DNA of 64,000 nucleotides. It comes from a virus (Duplodnaviria > Heunggongvirae > Uroviricota > Caudoviricetes). The notes beneath the pieces were generated by a model. It was not told the DNA's origin. It saw only the letters and a program-made list of their open reading frames with translations, and searched no databases. Every line of letters begins with the position of its first letter. The first letter of the stretch is position 1. Shown here one piece after another: positions 12,696 through 20,827 of this stretch. Position numbers and translations under genes: made by a program. Where the stretch lies: the IMG/VR virus record IMGVR_UViG_2875697941_000001. One strand, 5' to 3'.

Positions 12696-13001
12696 ATATA
12701 CGATCTGGTCTGCATGATCACCAAAATCATCGTCGTCGTCCTCATCGCCACCATCTACTGCTGGCCAATCAACAAACCAGCCAGCGTAAAGATGCAGCGT
12801 TCGGAGAACATCACTTGCGGGAGCATCAAGGGTGTTAACGAATCCCATATAGCTATTGGGATTTGCCCCAGCTATGGCTTCAGCGATCATGTCCTCGGTA
12901 ATGTCACCGGAGATAATGCTTAAACGCCCGGAAACTTCTTCATTATCATCAAATTCGATAATGGCATCTCCGCCTAATGGCGCTGCGATTTTAATCTGCA
13001 T
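12693..13001 (-). CDS. Strongly acidic small protein, last gene of the dar operon
   Basis: 102 aa, about 25 Asp/Glu versus 5 basic residues, DGGDEDDDDDFGD near the C-terminus; overlaps the ddrB-like stop. Confidence 0.45.
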   Translation of the reverse strand: MQIKIAAPLGGDAIIEFDDNEEVSGRLSIISGDITEDMIAEAIAGANPNSYMGFVNTLDAPASDVLRTLHLYAGWFVDWPAVDGGDEDDDDDFGDHADQIVY

Positions 13002-15978
13002 TATTTAGCTCCTTTGCCACACCTAATAACAGTTCCAGCAATCCGTCACCATTCATCAGTGATGCGGCAGCGGCCTCTTTGTCATGATACAACTGAAGAG
13101 CCATAGAGAATACTTCCGTTGCTGACGTTTTGGAAATAGTCGGTGATTTCTGCCGAATTTTCCCGGTGTTACTTACTGAGGCTGGCGGGTATACCTTCGC
13201 CATATAAATATTACTCAATCGAGATCTGAAGCACCATTCAGGCTTGCCACGCCCACCGATATTAACGAAAGATGGCTTATCCCCTTCAACATTGGCCTTC
13301 AGGAATGACCGGGCTTTCTCTAACAAACCAGGGTTACTGTACTCAAGATGATGACCCAGCTCGTGCCACAGTGCACTTGCATTTTCATCGTTCAAATTGA
13401 CAGCAACAACACCATTAAGATTTGCATATGCCCTTCCCTGGTGGTGAACCACCTTTGATAAGGTCGATATTTTCCCGCCGGTCAGGCGATAAATATCAGC
13501 AAGTTCCTTGCGCAGGTCTATCCCACCACTCTGTCCAGCGCGGGCTTCTTCCACTTCTTCCGTGATAAAAGAGTCGGCCCACTCAAGAGCTTTTTCTTCA
13601 GATACGGATGAGTTGGCTATCGCACTATTCATGGCAGATAACACTTTCTCGTGGACCGAACCCATACTTCGCTGATTCATTTGCCAGCGTGTCTGCGGGT
13701 TATATGAGAATCGCTTAAGTAGTTGGTCAAGATGCTCAAGTTCTTCTTCGCTGACATACTTTTTAGCCTCACCAATAATGCCGGGGAGAATATTGCCGTT
13801 AGGATTAAACGCTCGCGAAAGGAAGAGTTTCAGCGCCCCCATGCCCTCCGATGCTTCAATATCACCAATAACACGGTTAACAATGGCCGCACTCTTCGGA
13901 TTAGCATCCGCCAACGCTCTGGCTACGATTTGCAGGGACGATACGACCTCACGCTGCATATCAGTCCTGATCTCATCAATAAACTCTGGCGTTATGCCGT
14001 GCTCTTTAAGGATATCCCTGCCTTCCGCCGTTACCCCATCGATATCACCGACATGTTTATTAACCTGACTTTGCAATGCCTTAAATGCCTTCAGAATTCC
14101 ACGGGCATCATCAGCTTTACTAACGGCCTTCCTGAATGCTGGCAAGAAGTCAGAGTTAACCTCATTTTGTTGATCGGCCCACTGAATGGAGGCTTCTTTC
14201 ATCTCGTCCAGAGTCAGATCACCCAACGCGGTATGGTCTGTGAATATGAGCGACAACCTCTGAACCATTTCTGCCAATGGTGATGCCGAATGCGCCGCGC
14301 TAAGGAATGCTTTCACCCTGGTTGGGCGAATGGAAAACCAGTCAATAGCTGGTGGCATATCTCCGTTTTTTATCGCCTGCGCTATCTCGTCAAAGCCATC
14401 GCGCCCAAGGGAGGATGCGTGATTTAACAAGCCGCGAAGTAACGAATTGCTGATACCGAATAATCGGCACCATTTTTTCACGTCGGCAACAGGCATTCGA
14501 ACAAAATGCGCAAGCACTTGTACAAGCTGTTCATCCTGGGGATCTGTGCGGGAAAGCAGCCTGATCAGATGAATAATGTCTTTGATGCCGGATGCCCGAT
14601 GTAATAGCAAACTGGTATACGGAGCAACACCGTTGTAACTACCGCCGGAAACGGACTCGAAAAGACCGCCGGATATCCCTTGCATGCCTTCGTTTTCCAG
14701 TTCCTGAGACACCTGGCGAAGGATATCCTGTAACGACACATCACCACCGCCAAACATATCCCCCAGCGCCTGGCCCTGGTGCTGTAACTCATCATTGATA
14801 CGTTGAGCCATCAATTTAAAGGCGGTGGCCATACGCTTCGCGCTACGGTTATTCGCGACGATGAACAACGCGAGCGCTTTCACTTCCGGGGCTGTTTCGC
14901 TGAACATATCCCCCTGAGCAATAACATCGATAATATGTTGGTCTGACTCCTTCGATTGCCTTACCAGGTCTACCGCATCTTTCAATGCCGCCAGCGCCTT
15001 TTTATCGAGACTATCCGCTGTCTCAATACCATCAACAATAGTTGTCACAGCCTGCTTGTGCGCTTCTCCTGATAAAGCCTGCATCTGGACAAAATCATTG
15101 GCTGCCGCATTAAGCGCCGTCAGAACATTACGCATATCCGGATCAGGTTCTTCTGCAACCATCCTTACCAGGCGCGCATCCTTATATGCCTTGGCAAAGA
15201 TCGCGTTTTGTATACGGTCTACAAGTTGCCGTGTTGGTCGCCCATCTTCCGTTACAAGGCCAGCAGCCTGTGTGGCACCAACTTGCGTCATGAATCCGCG
15301 AATAAACGCGTCATTACTGCGGCTAAGCAGATCTCCGCTTTCTGATGGGTTAAACAGCGTCATCATCGCCGGAGTTATGCTGTCAGCATCAACAAAAGCC
15401 TTTTCACTGGCTGCCATTTCCTGAAGATCAGAAATATTTGAGTCCTTGGCAAACTGAACGCGGTCAACCTTAGTTAACCGGCGGCGCACCAGTACCGGAG
15501 CCGCCATTGATTCAACCTTTTCAGGTCGTATGCCGAATTCGGTCGCATGATCAATCAGGTACTCACGATACCGATCCGCATTGCCGTCCTGATAGGCTTT
15601 GATGATCCCCATGGTCCGTCCATTACCTGACTCAACGGCATTGTCCTCACCAATTATCGGCGCGCCATGGCTGGATAAACCGGAATCGGTAAGCTGGGCA
15701 GGACGCAAATCCTTGGATATCTGGTTGACCTGAAGAAGACTGGATGCGCGGGTCCGGTCGCGCGGCTGAAGTTCCTGGGGATAGTCAGGGTTAATTTTCC
15801 CGTCCAGAGTATTGGATACCAAAAGAGCTGAGGCATCGACGATATCAAACGCTGTTTTTACCTCGTCTCCCTTCGCTGTCACCACATACGAAACCCGCCC
15901 GTAATTGGGCAGGTTTTTTAGCAGCTCGATCAGCGTTTCTATGCTGGTGGCCATTACCACCTGATCGCTTAAGCTCAT
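12991..15978 (-). CDS. ddrB: DdrB-like antirestriction/capsid-associated protein, 995 aa
   Basis: Size and position downstream of darA/ddrA as recalled for P1; contains an HELGHH (HExxH) motif. Confidence 0.55.
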   Translation of the reverse strand: MSLSDQVVMATSIETLIELLKNLPNYGRVSYVVTAKGDEVKTAFDIVDASALLVSNTLDGKINPDYPQELQPRDRTRASSLLQVNQISKDLRPAQLTDSGLSSHGAPIIGEDNAVESGNGRTMGIIKAYQDGNADRYREYLIDHATEFGIRPEKVESMAAPVLVRRRLTKVDRVQFAKDSNISDLQEMAASEKAFVDADSITPAMMTLFNPSESGDLLSRSNDAFIRGFMTQVGATQAAGLVTEDGRPTRQLVDRIQNAIFAKAYKDARLVRMVAEEPDPDMRNVLTALNAAANDFVQMQALSGEAHKQAVTTIVDGIETADSLDKKALAALKDAVDLVRQSKESDQHIIDVIAQGDMFSETAPEVKALALFIVANNRSAKRMATAFKLMAQRINDELQHQGQALGDMFGGGDVSLQDILRQVSQELENEGMQGISGGLFESVSGGSYNGVAPYTSLLLHRASGIKDIIHLIRLLSRTDPQDEQLVQVLAHFVRMPVADVKKWCRLFGISNSLLRGLLNHASSLGRDGFDEIAQAIKNGDMPPAIDWFSIRPTRVKAFLSAAHSASPLAEMVQRLSLIFTDHTALGDLTLDEMKEASIQWADQQNEVNSDFLPAFRKAVSKADDARGILKAFKALQSQVNKHVGDIDGVTAEGRDILKEHGITPEFIDEIRTDMQREVVSSLQIVARALADANPKSAAIVNRVIGDIEASEGMGALKLFLSRAFNPNGNILPGIIGEAKKYVSEEELEHLDQLLKRFSYNPQTRWQMNQRSMGSVHEKVLSAMNSAIANSSVSEEKALEWADSFITEEVEEARAGQSGGIDLRKELADIYRLTGGKISTLSKVVHHQGRAYANLNGVVAVNLNDENASALWHELGHHLEYSNPGLLEKARSFLKANVEGDKPSFVNIGGRGKPEWCFRSRLSNIYMAKVYPPASVSNTGKIRQKSPTISKTSATEVFSMALQLYHDKEAAAASLMNGDGLLELLLGVAKELNNAD

Positions 15979-15990
15979 CCCTGTTACGCC

Positions 15991-16356
15991 TTACTCTGCC
16001 TCTTTAATGTTGGCGGCTATCCATGCCGCCGTGTGCTGTTTAACCTGGTCCAGATCGATGTATGTGCCAACATATTGACTCAAGTCCTGCAACGTACCGA
16101 TAAATGCATCGGTGCTCTGATCGACGAATTTATCAGCCAGGAAATCAGCAACCAGTTTTGGCACACCATCATGTACCGAAGGTTGTTTTTCCTCGCCACT
16201 ACTGCCGCCGGACACACCGTACCCCATCTGTTGCATGATCTGGTCAATTTCATCGCTGATATCCAGCAACTCCATGCCACTCGCGGTAGCCGCTTTGGAC
16301 ATCAGAGCATCCAACTTATCGCTGAGATCCATTAACTCAATAGCTGATAGTGTCAT
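15991..16356 (-). CDS. ddrA: DdrA-like protein, 121 aa
   Basis: Acidic small protein immediately downstream of darA, overlapping its stop; synteny with P1. Confidence 0.5.
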   Translation of the reverse strand: MTLSAIELMDLSDKLDALMSKAATASGMELLDISDEIDQIMQQMGYGVSGGSSGEEKQPSVHDGVPKLVADFLADKFVDQSTDAFIGTLQDLSQYVGTYIDLDQVKQHTAAWIAANIKEAE

Positions 16357-18272
16357 GCCGCTACCCCCGCTTTCTGGATTGCTACCAACAGATCAGCCAG
16401 GTGGCGAGCTGCGCCGTTAACCAGCTCTTCGTTTTCCTCAAAACGTCCGGCAGCCTGAAGGGCTGCAATCGCTTCCCGGACATTGCCCCGGGCGTTACGG
16501 ATCTCCGCCATGTCAGTGCTTTGTATATCCATCACGTTATTGAGATATTCAATGGCTTTATTAGCCTCTGCATCTGCTTCGCTAACCGTTTCATCAGGCT
16601 GTGCCGGGGCCGGTTCTGGCTGAGTAATCTCACCGACTTCGGCCTGCAATGCATTGATCATGCTCTGCACCATTTTCTCGGTGCCAGCGCCCCCAGGAAA
16701 CGCAATATTGGGGAAAGTTTTTTGAAACTGAGTTTTCAGCATTACGCGGAACTCGTCTGGTGAGCTGGTGGCCAGCTCCAGAGCTTTTTGTGCATATTTG
16801 CCAAACGGACCATTAGTAAGTGTCTTCGCCAGGAAGTCGAAAGAATCCTCGCGAGGCAATAACTTCAGGTCGTACTCACTCATTTGCTGATCAGAAAGCG
16901 GGGTATCGTAAGTAGCAATGCCGTAGCGTGCATATTCATAATACGGGTCACCTTCATCAGGGCGCGGCAGAATTGCTTTGTTACCTTCAGGTATTGCGCC
17001 AGGGGCCGCCGGACGCATTTGCAAGGCATATCGATATGCACCTACAGAGACTTCTGGTTCAGGCGAAGAGCTACCGGTATCCTCCGCTGGTTCAGGTTCG
17101 ACGTTTTCCGGTTTATGTTCTTCTGGTTGGACCAGATATTCCGATACATTACCCGCTTTGTAGGCTTTAAACAGCTTGCCGATCGCATCTGCCATGTCCA
17201 CACCCTGTATGGATTTAGCCTTGATCATGTACACGCTGCCATCCGAATCGGTTAACTGGATATACCCTTCGCCGTCCTCAATGAATTGCTTCATTGATGC
17301 TCCATTACTGAGCGTCACTTCCCCGTTCATATGCATACGATTTTTGATACTGGCAAGGCGATCCGTCAGCGCGCGCGAGTGCCCACCAGTCATCCCCGCT
17401 GGATCAATGGTATCGCGCCCACCTGTGCGATTGAGCTGATCAATCTCCGTCTGCAAACGCTCATTCTCTTCATAAAGAGAATCCGCTTCCGATGCAACAG
17501 CGTTAATTTTCTGCTCCAGATCTACCTTCTGCCCTTCTACCGCTGCCACCTGATCCGCGAGGTCGCTCATGGCATCCTCTTTCTGGTCACTGTCAGCCTG
17601 TAGTTGGGTTATTTCATCAACCAGGGCTTTTTTCTTCTTCTGCGCACGCTGGAATTTTGCCGAGTTTTTCTCTGCAAGGTTGGCAAGTTTCATGGTGACC
17701 TGCGCCAGCGTCATATCACGTCCACTCATCGGAGCAACGGTGTGAGTAACGTCTTTTTTATTCAGTAAGAACTGGAAAGCAACCAGCGTATCGCTATTGG
17801 TGATCCGGTTTTCCGCTGTCGGGCTATGAAACAGAATGCTGATAGTCTGACCATCACTGAGCGGAATAATGGCTGGCAGGACCGGCAGCCCGTTAACGTT
17901 ACGTGCCCGGCCAATTTCAGCACCGCCGATCGCGCGCGCGCCGCTCTGGGCCACCTCCCCCGTTTTATCACTCCCCGCAGAGATTCCGGTACCATTCAGC
18001 TTCTGGTTCAATGCCCGGACAAATGCCTGCATGGTCCGGTGTAACTGCAAACGAGTAGAACTAATCGCCTCCAGTAAATCCGTAGCACACCAGTGGATCG
18101 GCGTGTCATAGAAGAACGTAGCCTCGATTTCCTCCAGGGTGTTGGATTCCGTCATCAGATAGCGGTCCTCACCGGCCATTAATGCGCGATATTCATCATC
18201 AGTCACTGGCGGGGGAAGCACGTCAAGCCCAGGCTTGATCGTCACCCCTTTATTGATATTTAACTGTTCCAT
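16353..18272 (-). CDS. darA: DarA-like antirestriction internal head protein, 639 aa
   Basis: Size and position; shares the KNSAKFQ-containing segment with the upstream hdf-like gene. Confidence 0.65.
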   Translation of the reverse strand: MEQLNINKGVTIKPGLDVLPPPVTDDEYRALMAGEDRYLMTESNTLEEIEATFFYDTPIHWCATDLLEAISSTRLQLHRTMQAFVRALNQKLNGTGISAGSDKTGEVAQSGARAIGGAEIGRARNVNGLPVLPAIIPLSDGQTISILFHSPTAENRITNSDTLVAFQFLLNKKDVTHTVAPMSGRDMTLAQVTMKLANLAEKNSAKFQRAQKKKKALVDEITQLQADSDQKEDAMSDLADQVAAVEGQKVDLEQKINAVASEADSLYEENERLQTEIDQLNRTGGRDTIDPAGMTGGHSRALTDRLASIKNRMHMNGEVTLSNGASMKQFIEDGEGYIQLTDSDGSVYMIKAKSIQGVDMADAIGKLFKAYKAGNVSEYLVQPEEHKPENVEPEPAEDTGSSSPEPEVSVGAYRYALQMRPAAPGAIPEGNKAILPRPDEGDPYYEYARYGIATYDTPLSDQQMSEYDLKLLPREDSFDFLAKTLTNGPFGKYAQKALELATSSPDEFRVMLKTQFQKTFPNIAFPGGAGTEKMVQSMINALQAEVGEITQPEPAPAQPDETVSEADAEANKAIEYLNNVMDIQSTDMAEIRNARGNVREAIAALQAAGRFEENEELVNGAARHLADLLVAIQKAGVAA

Positions 18273-18273
18273 G

Positions 18274-18885
18274 TTAATTTCCTGCTTTCAGTTGCTTAAG
18301 ACGACGTTTGAGTTCGCCATTCCGTGCCTTTTCGTTATTGAGTCGGCCCGTCTCCTTATCCAGCTTCGCCCGCAAATCAGTGATCTGCTGTTGATTGAAA
18401 GACACCGAATTCTGCGCGGACTTATAAGCGGCAACCACCTGAGCATTCCGCTGTTTTGCTTCTTGCAGGCGCTGAAAGTTGGATTTAACTGCCGGTTTCT
18501 TGTCTACCGGATTGGCAACACGCTTCGCTTTGGCGATCAGTGATTTCTGGAATTTTGCGGAGTTTTTGCGGGCCGCCTGTCCCATGACGGTACCAAGCGT
18601 CTTGATATCCGGCGACTGAGCGTTAGGAATAGCTTTTCCATTCAGTTTCACAGACGATATATCGCCAGTATCGTTTACCTGTATGGCAAGAATTTGTCCG
18701 TCGTTAAGAACCAGCTTTGCGGTTTTAACTTTAACGCCATCTTTCGTTGTTGCGCGGTTGCTGGAGTCAACCTCAATTACCGTAACACCGGTTTTATTGA
18801 TCGCCGCGATAAGGGATTTCAGCCCCTTTTCATTAACCTGGTCAAAATCGACCGTTGCATACTTATTTTTCGTCATCTGACACAT
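18274..18885 (-). CDS. hdf: Hdf-like protein (homolog of a DarA fragment), 203 aa
   Basis: Visible similarity to the DarA segment around AEKNSAKFQRAQKKKKAL; directly upstream of darA. Confidence 0.6.
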   Translation of the reverse strand: MCQMTKNKYATVDFDQVNEKGLKSLIAAINKTGVTVIEVDSSNRATTKDGVKVKTAKLVLNDGQILAIQVNDTGDISSVKLNGKAIPNAQSPDIKTLGTVMGQAARKNSAKFQKSLIAKAKRVANPVDKKPAVKSNFQRLQEAKQRNAQVVAAYKSAQNSVSFNQQQITDLRAKLDKETGRLNNEKARNGELKRRLKQLKAGN

Positions 18886-19306
18886 CCTGTGCGAGATTTA
18901 TTACGTAACTTCTGCGGATTTGCTGAGTAACAGGGAAAATCCGATACAACGGGTTAATGAACGAGTCGCCATGCGTAACCATGATGTTGAAATGCCACAG
19001 TCGCTCTCCTTTACCCATATATTCAGTGGGTATGTACAACCATTCACTGTTTTCGCCCTGTTCAGCCGACGTCAGACAACGTTGTTCACCTTCAATCACT
19101 GTCGTCGGCTTCTGAACATCGCGGATCCAATATCTGACCGTTGCGCCGCGCAAAAACGGGAATTTAGACCGGTACTTGAACGGCACCCGGATGAAACCCG
19201 GTTTAATTTCCACATCACCAAGTTCTAAATGCGTGATGTCCTTGCGTTTTAGCAAATAGCGATCGGCTAAGGCTAACGCAAGAACGCATACACCCCAGCC
19301 AATCAT
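18863..19306 (-). CDS. lydB: Antiholin-like membrane protein (P1 LydB-like by position)
   Basis: 147 aa, N-terminal hydrophobic segment, overlaps neighbours; synteny. Confidence 0.45.
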   Translation of the reverse strand: MIGWGVCVLALALADRYLLKRKDITHLELGDVEIKPGFIRVPFKYRSKFPFLRGATVRYWIRDVQKPTTVIEGEQRCLTSAEQGENSEWLYIPTEYMGKGERLWHFNIMVTHGDSFINPLYRIFPVTQQIRRSYVINLAQDVSDDEK

Positions 19307-19632
19307 TTCCCGCCTCCCTTTTTCACCAAACTTGTAAGAACATTCAGAATGCTATCGATATTCACTCGTTTCATCCCTGAAATCACCTCATGACCGTTAT
19401 TGCTGGCTATCGTTACCATTAAGTACGTAATTGATAACTCCCAGCCCTCGTGTTGCCCCAATAGGTACGCCACCGCGCCAGCTGTCACTGCAACAAAGAT
19501 CTCCGTAACCAATCCCAACAAATTGCCAGACTGGCGACCGTCTCGGACATCCATCAGGAACGTGCCTATCCCACCAATTACTGAAAGCAGGAGCGCAATA
19601 GCAACTGGAGCTAATTCCTGTGTGTCAAGCAC
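19303..19632 (-). CDS. lydA: Holin (P1 LydA-like)
   Basis: 109 aa with 2-3 predicted TM helices and charged C-terminus; heads the lyd-dar cluster. Confidence 0.5.
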   Translation of the reverse strand: MLDTQELAPVAIALLLSVIGGIGTFLMDVRDGRQSGNLLGLVTEIFVAVTAGAVAYLLGQHEGWELSITYLMVTIASNNGHEVISGMKRVNIDSILNVLTSLVKKGGGK

Positions 19633-19699
19633 AAGTTCCCTCCTACGTTGTCAGGAGGTAATGGTATGCAAAGTAACTTCTCAACCGGTCATTTGTTGC

Positions 19700-19981
19700 T
19701 TAAGAGGCATTTCTATTGAGGTACGAATCGATAATCCTTTGTAACTTTTCAAGAATGAGCCTGTTATTGATGCTGCAAATAATAGTCACGCAATTCTGAA
19801 GACTTTCATCCATACCCTTATATTCCGCGAAATACATGCCTATAAAGCCTGCAAGTACGGCAGCAATACACTCGGCCATCAATTGCCTGTATGACGCTTC
19901 GTAACGTTTTTCACGAACCCCATTCAGAAACGAATGCACCCCGCCAAGGATGGAGAGGAGCATTATTGTGAAATCACACAT
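19700..19981 (-). CDS. Small two-TM membrane protein (holin-like)
   Basis: 93 aa, two hydrophobic helices; upstream of the lydA-like gene. Confidence 0.4.
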   Translation of the reverse strand: MCDFTIMLLSILGGVHSFLNGVREKRYEASYRQLMAECIAAVLAGFIGMYFAEYKGMDESLQNCVTIICSINNRLILEKLQRIIDSYLNRNAS

Positions 19982-20108
19982 AACTATTTCCTTAATAGTG
20001 AATTAAATATCATTGGGAAACGGTATGTACTTTGTGATTTCCACACATACTGGTTTTTGTTAATTAAAATCCGCAGCTTGCTATAAATAACGATAGTGAG
20101 CAGAAAAT

Positions 20109-20243
20109 ATGCTAATAGGCTATGTACGCGTATCAACAAATGAACAAAACACTGCTTTACAACGAAACGCTCTTGAAAGCGCAGGATGTGAGCTAATTTT
20201 TGAGGACAAGGCGAGTGGAAAAAAGGCTGAACGACCAGAGTGA
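20109..20243 (+). pseudogene. cin: Truncated serine recombinase (Cin/Gin/Hin-family invertase), N-terminal 44 codons only
   Basis: [44 protein letters not shown] then TGA; family consensus continues ...RPGLK...; downstream DNA unrelated. Confidence 0.7.
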
Positions 20244-20416
20244 AAAAGGCTTTTGATAGGTAAACTCTGGTCGTATGAAAGTTAAATTTGCGTGGGTGCA
20301 GCATGCGCTCACTCTTGAGGCATGAACGGTAATCATCTGATAACTTGTAGCTCGATTATCCGGACGCACTGGAACCAGTCGATGCTTCCAGCGATCCAGA
20401 TATTTCATTAAATGGA

Positions 20417-20827
20417 CTACGCCTCCGGGAACGCTGGCCAATTGACATCTGGTGCAGTGCTGGTATCCGTTGCGGTCACCGCATCGATATAATCCAGCAC
20501 AGCGTTAAGACGGGTGGTTTCAGCCTGCGTAAGATTCCGCCCGGCCTGTAATTTCAGTTGAATAAGACTAATGGAAGCCATTGCGGTATCAATCAGCGAC
20601 TGTTTTTTCTGTTCAGCGTCAGCTACCAGTTCATCATGAGAACGTTCCGGAGTGGGTGGCGCAGTAAATCCCCCGTCTGAATACACCCAGCCGATTCCGG
20701 GCTGCTCACTGATATCAGAAATATTAATGAGCTGCTGATTATCCGGCACTGTGAATTCAGCCTCGCCATCCCAGACAATGACATTCACAACCATCCCATT
20801 TTCAATAACTGCATATGATGTATTCAT
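20417..20827 (-). CDS. Tail fibre assembly chaperone
   Basis: N-terminus MNTSYAVIENGMVVNVIVWDG and C-terminus ...TSTAPDVNWPAFPEA typical of the Tfa/U family; ATG overlaps tail-fibre stop (TAATG). Confidence 0.7.
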   Translation of the reverse strand: MNTSYAVIENGMVVNVIVWDGEAEFTVPDNQQLINISDISEQPGIGWVYSDGGFTAPPTPERSHDELVADAEQKKQSLIDTAMASISLIQLKLQAGRNLTQAETTRLNAVLDYIDAVTATDTSTAPDVNWPAFPEA

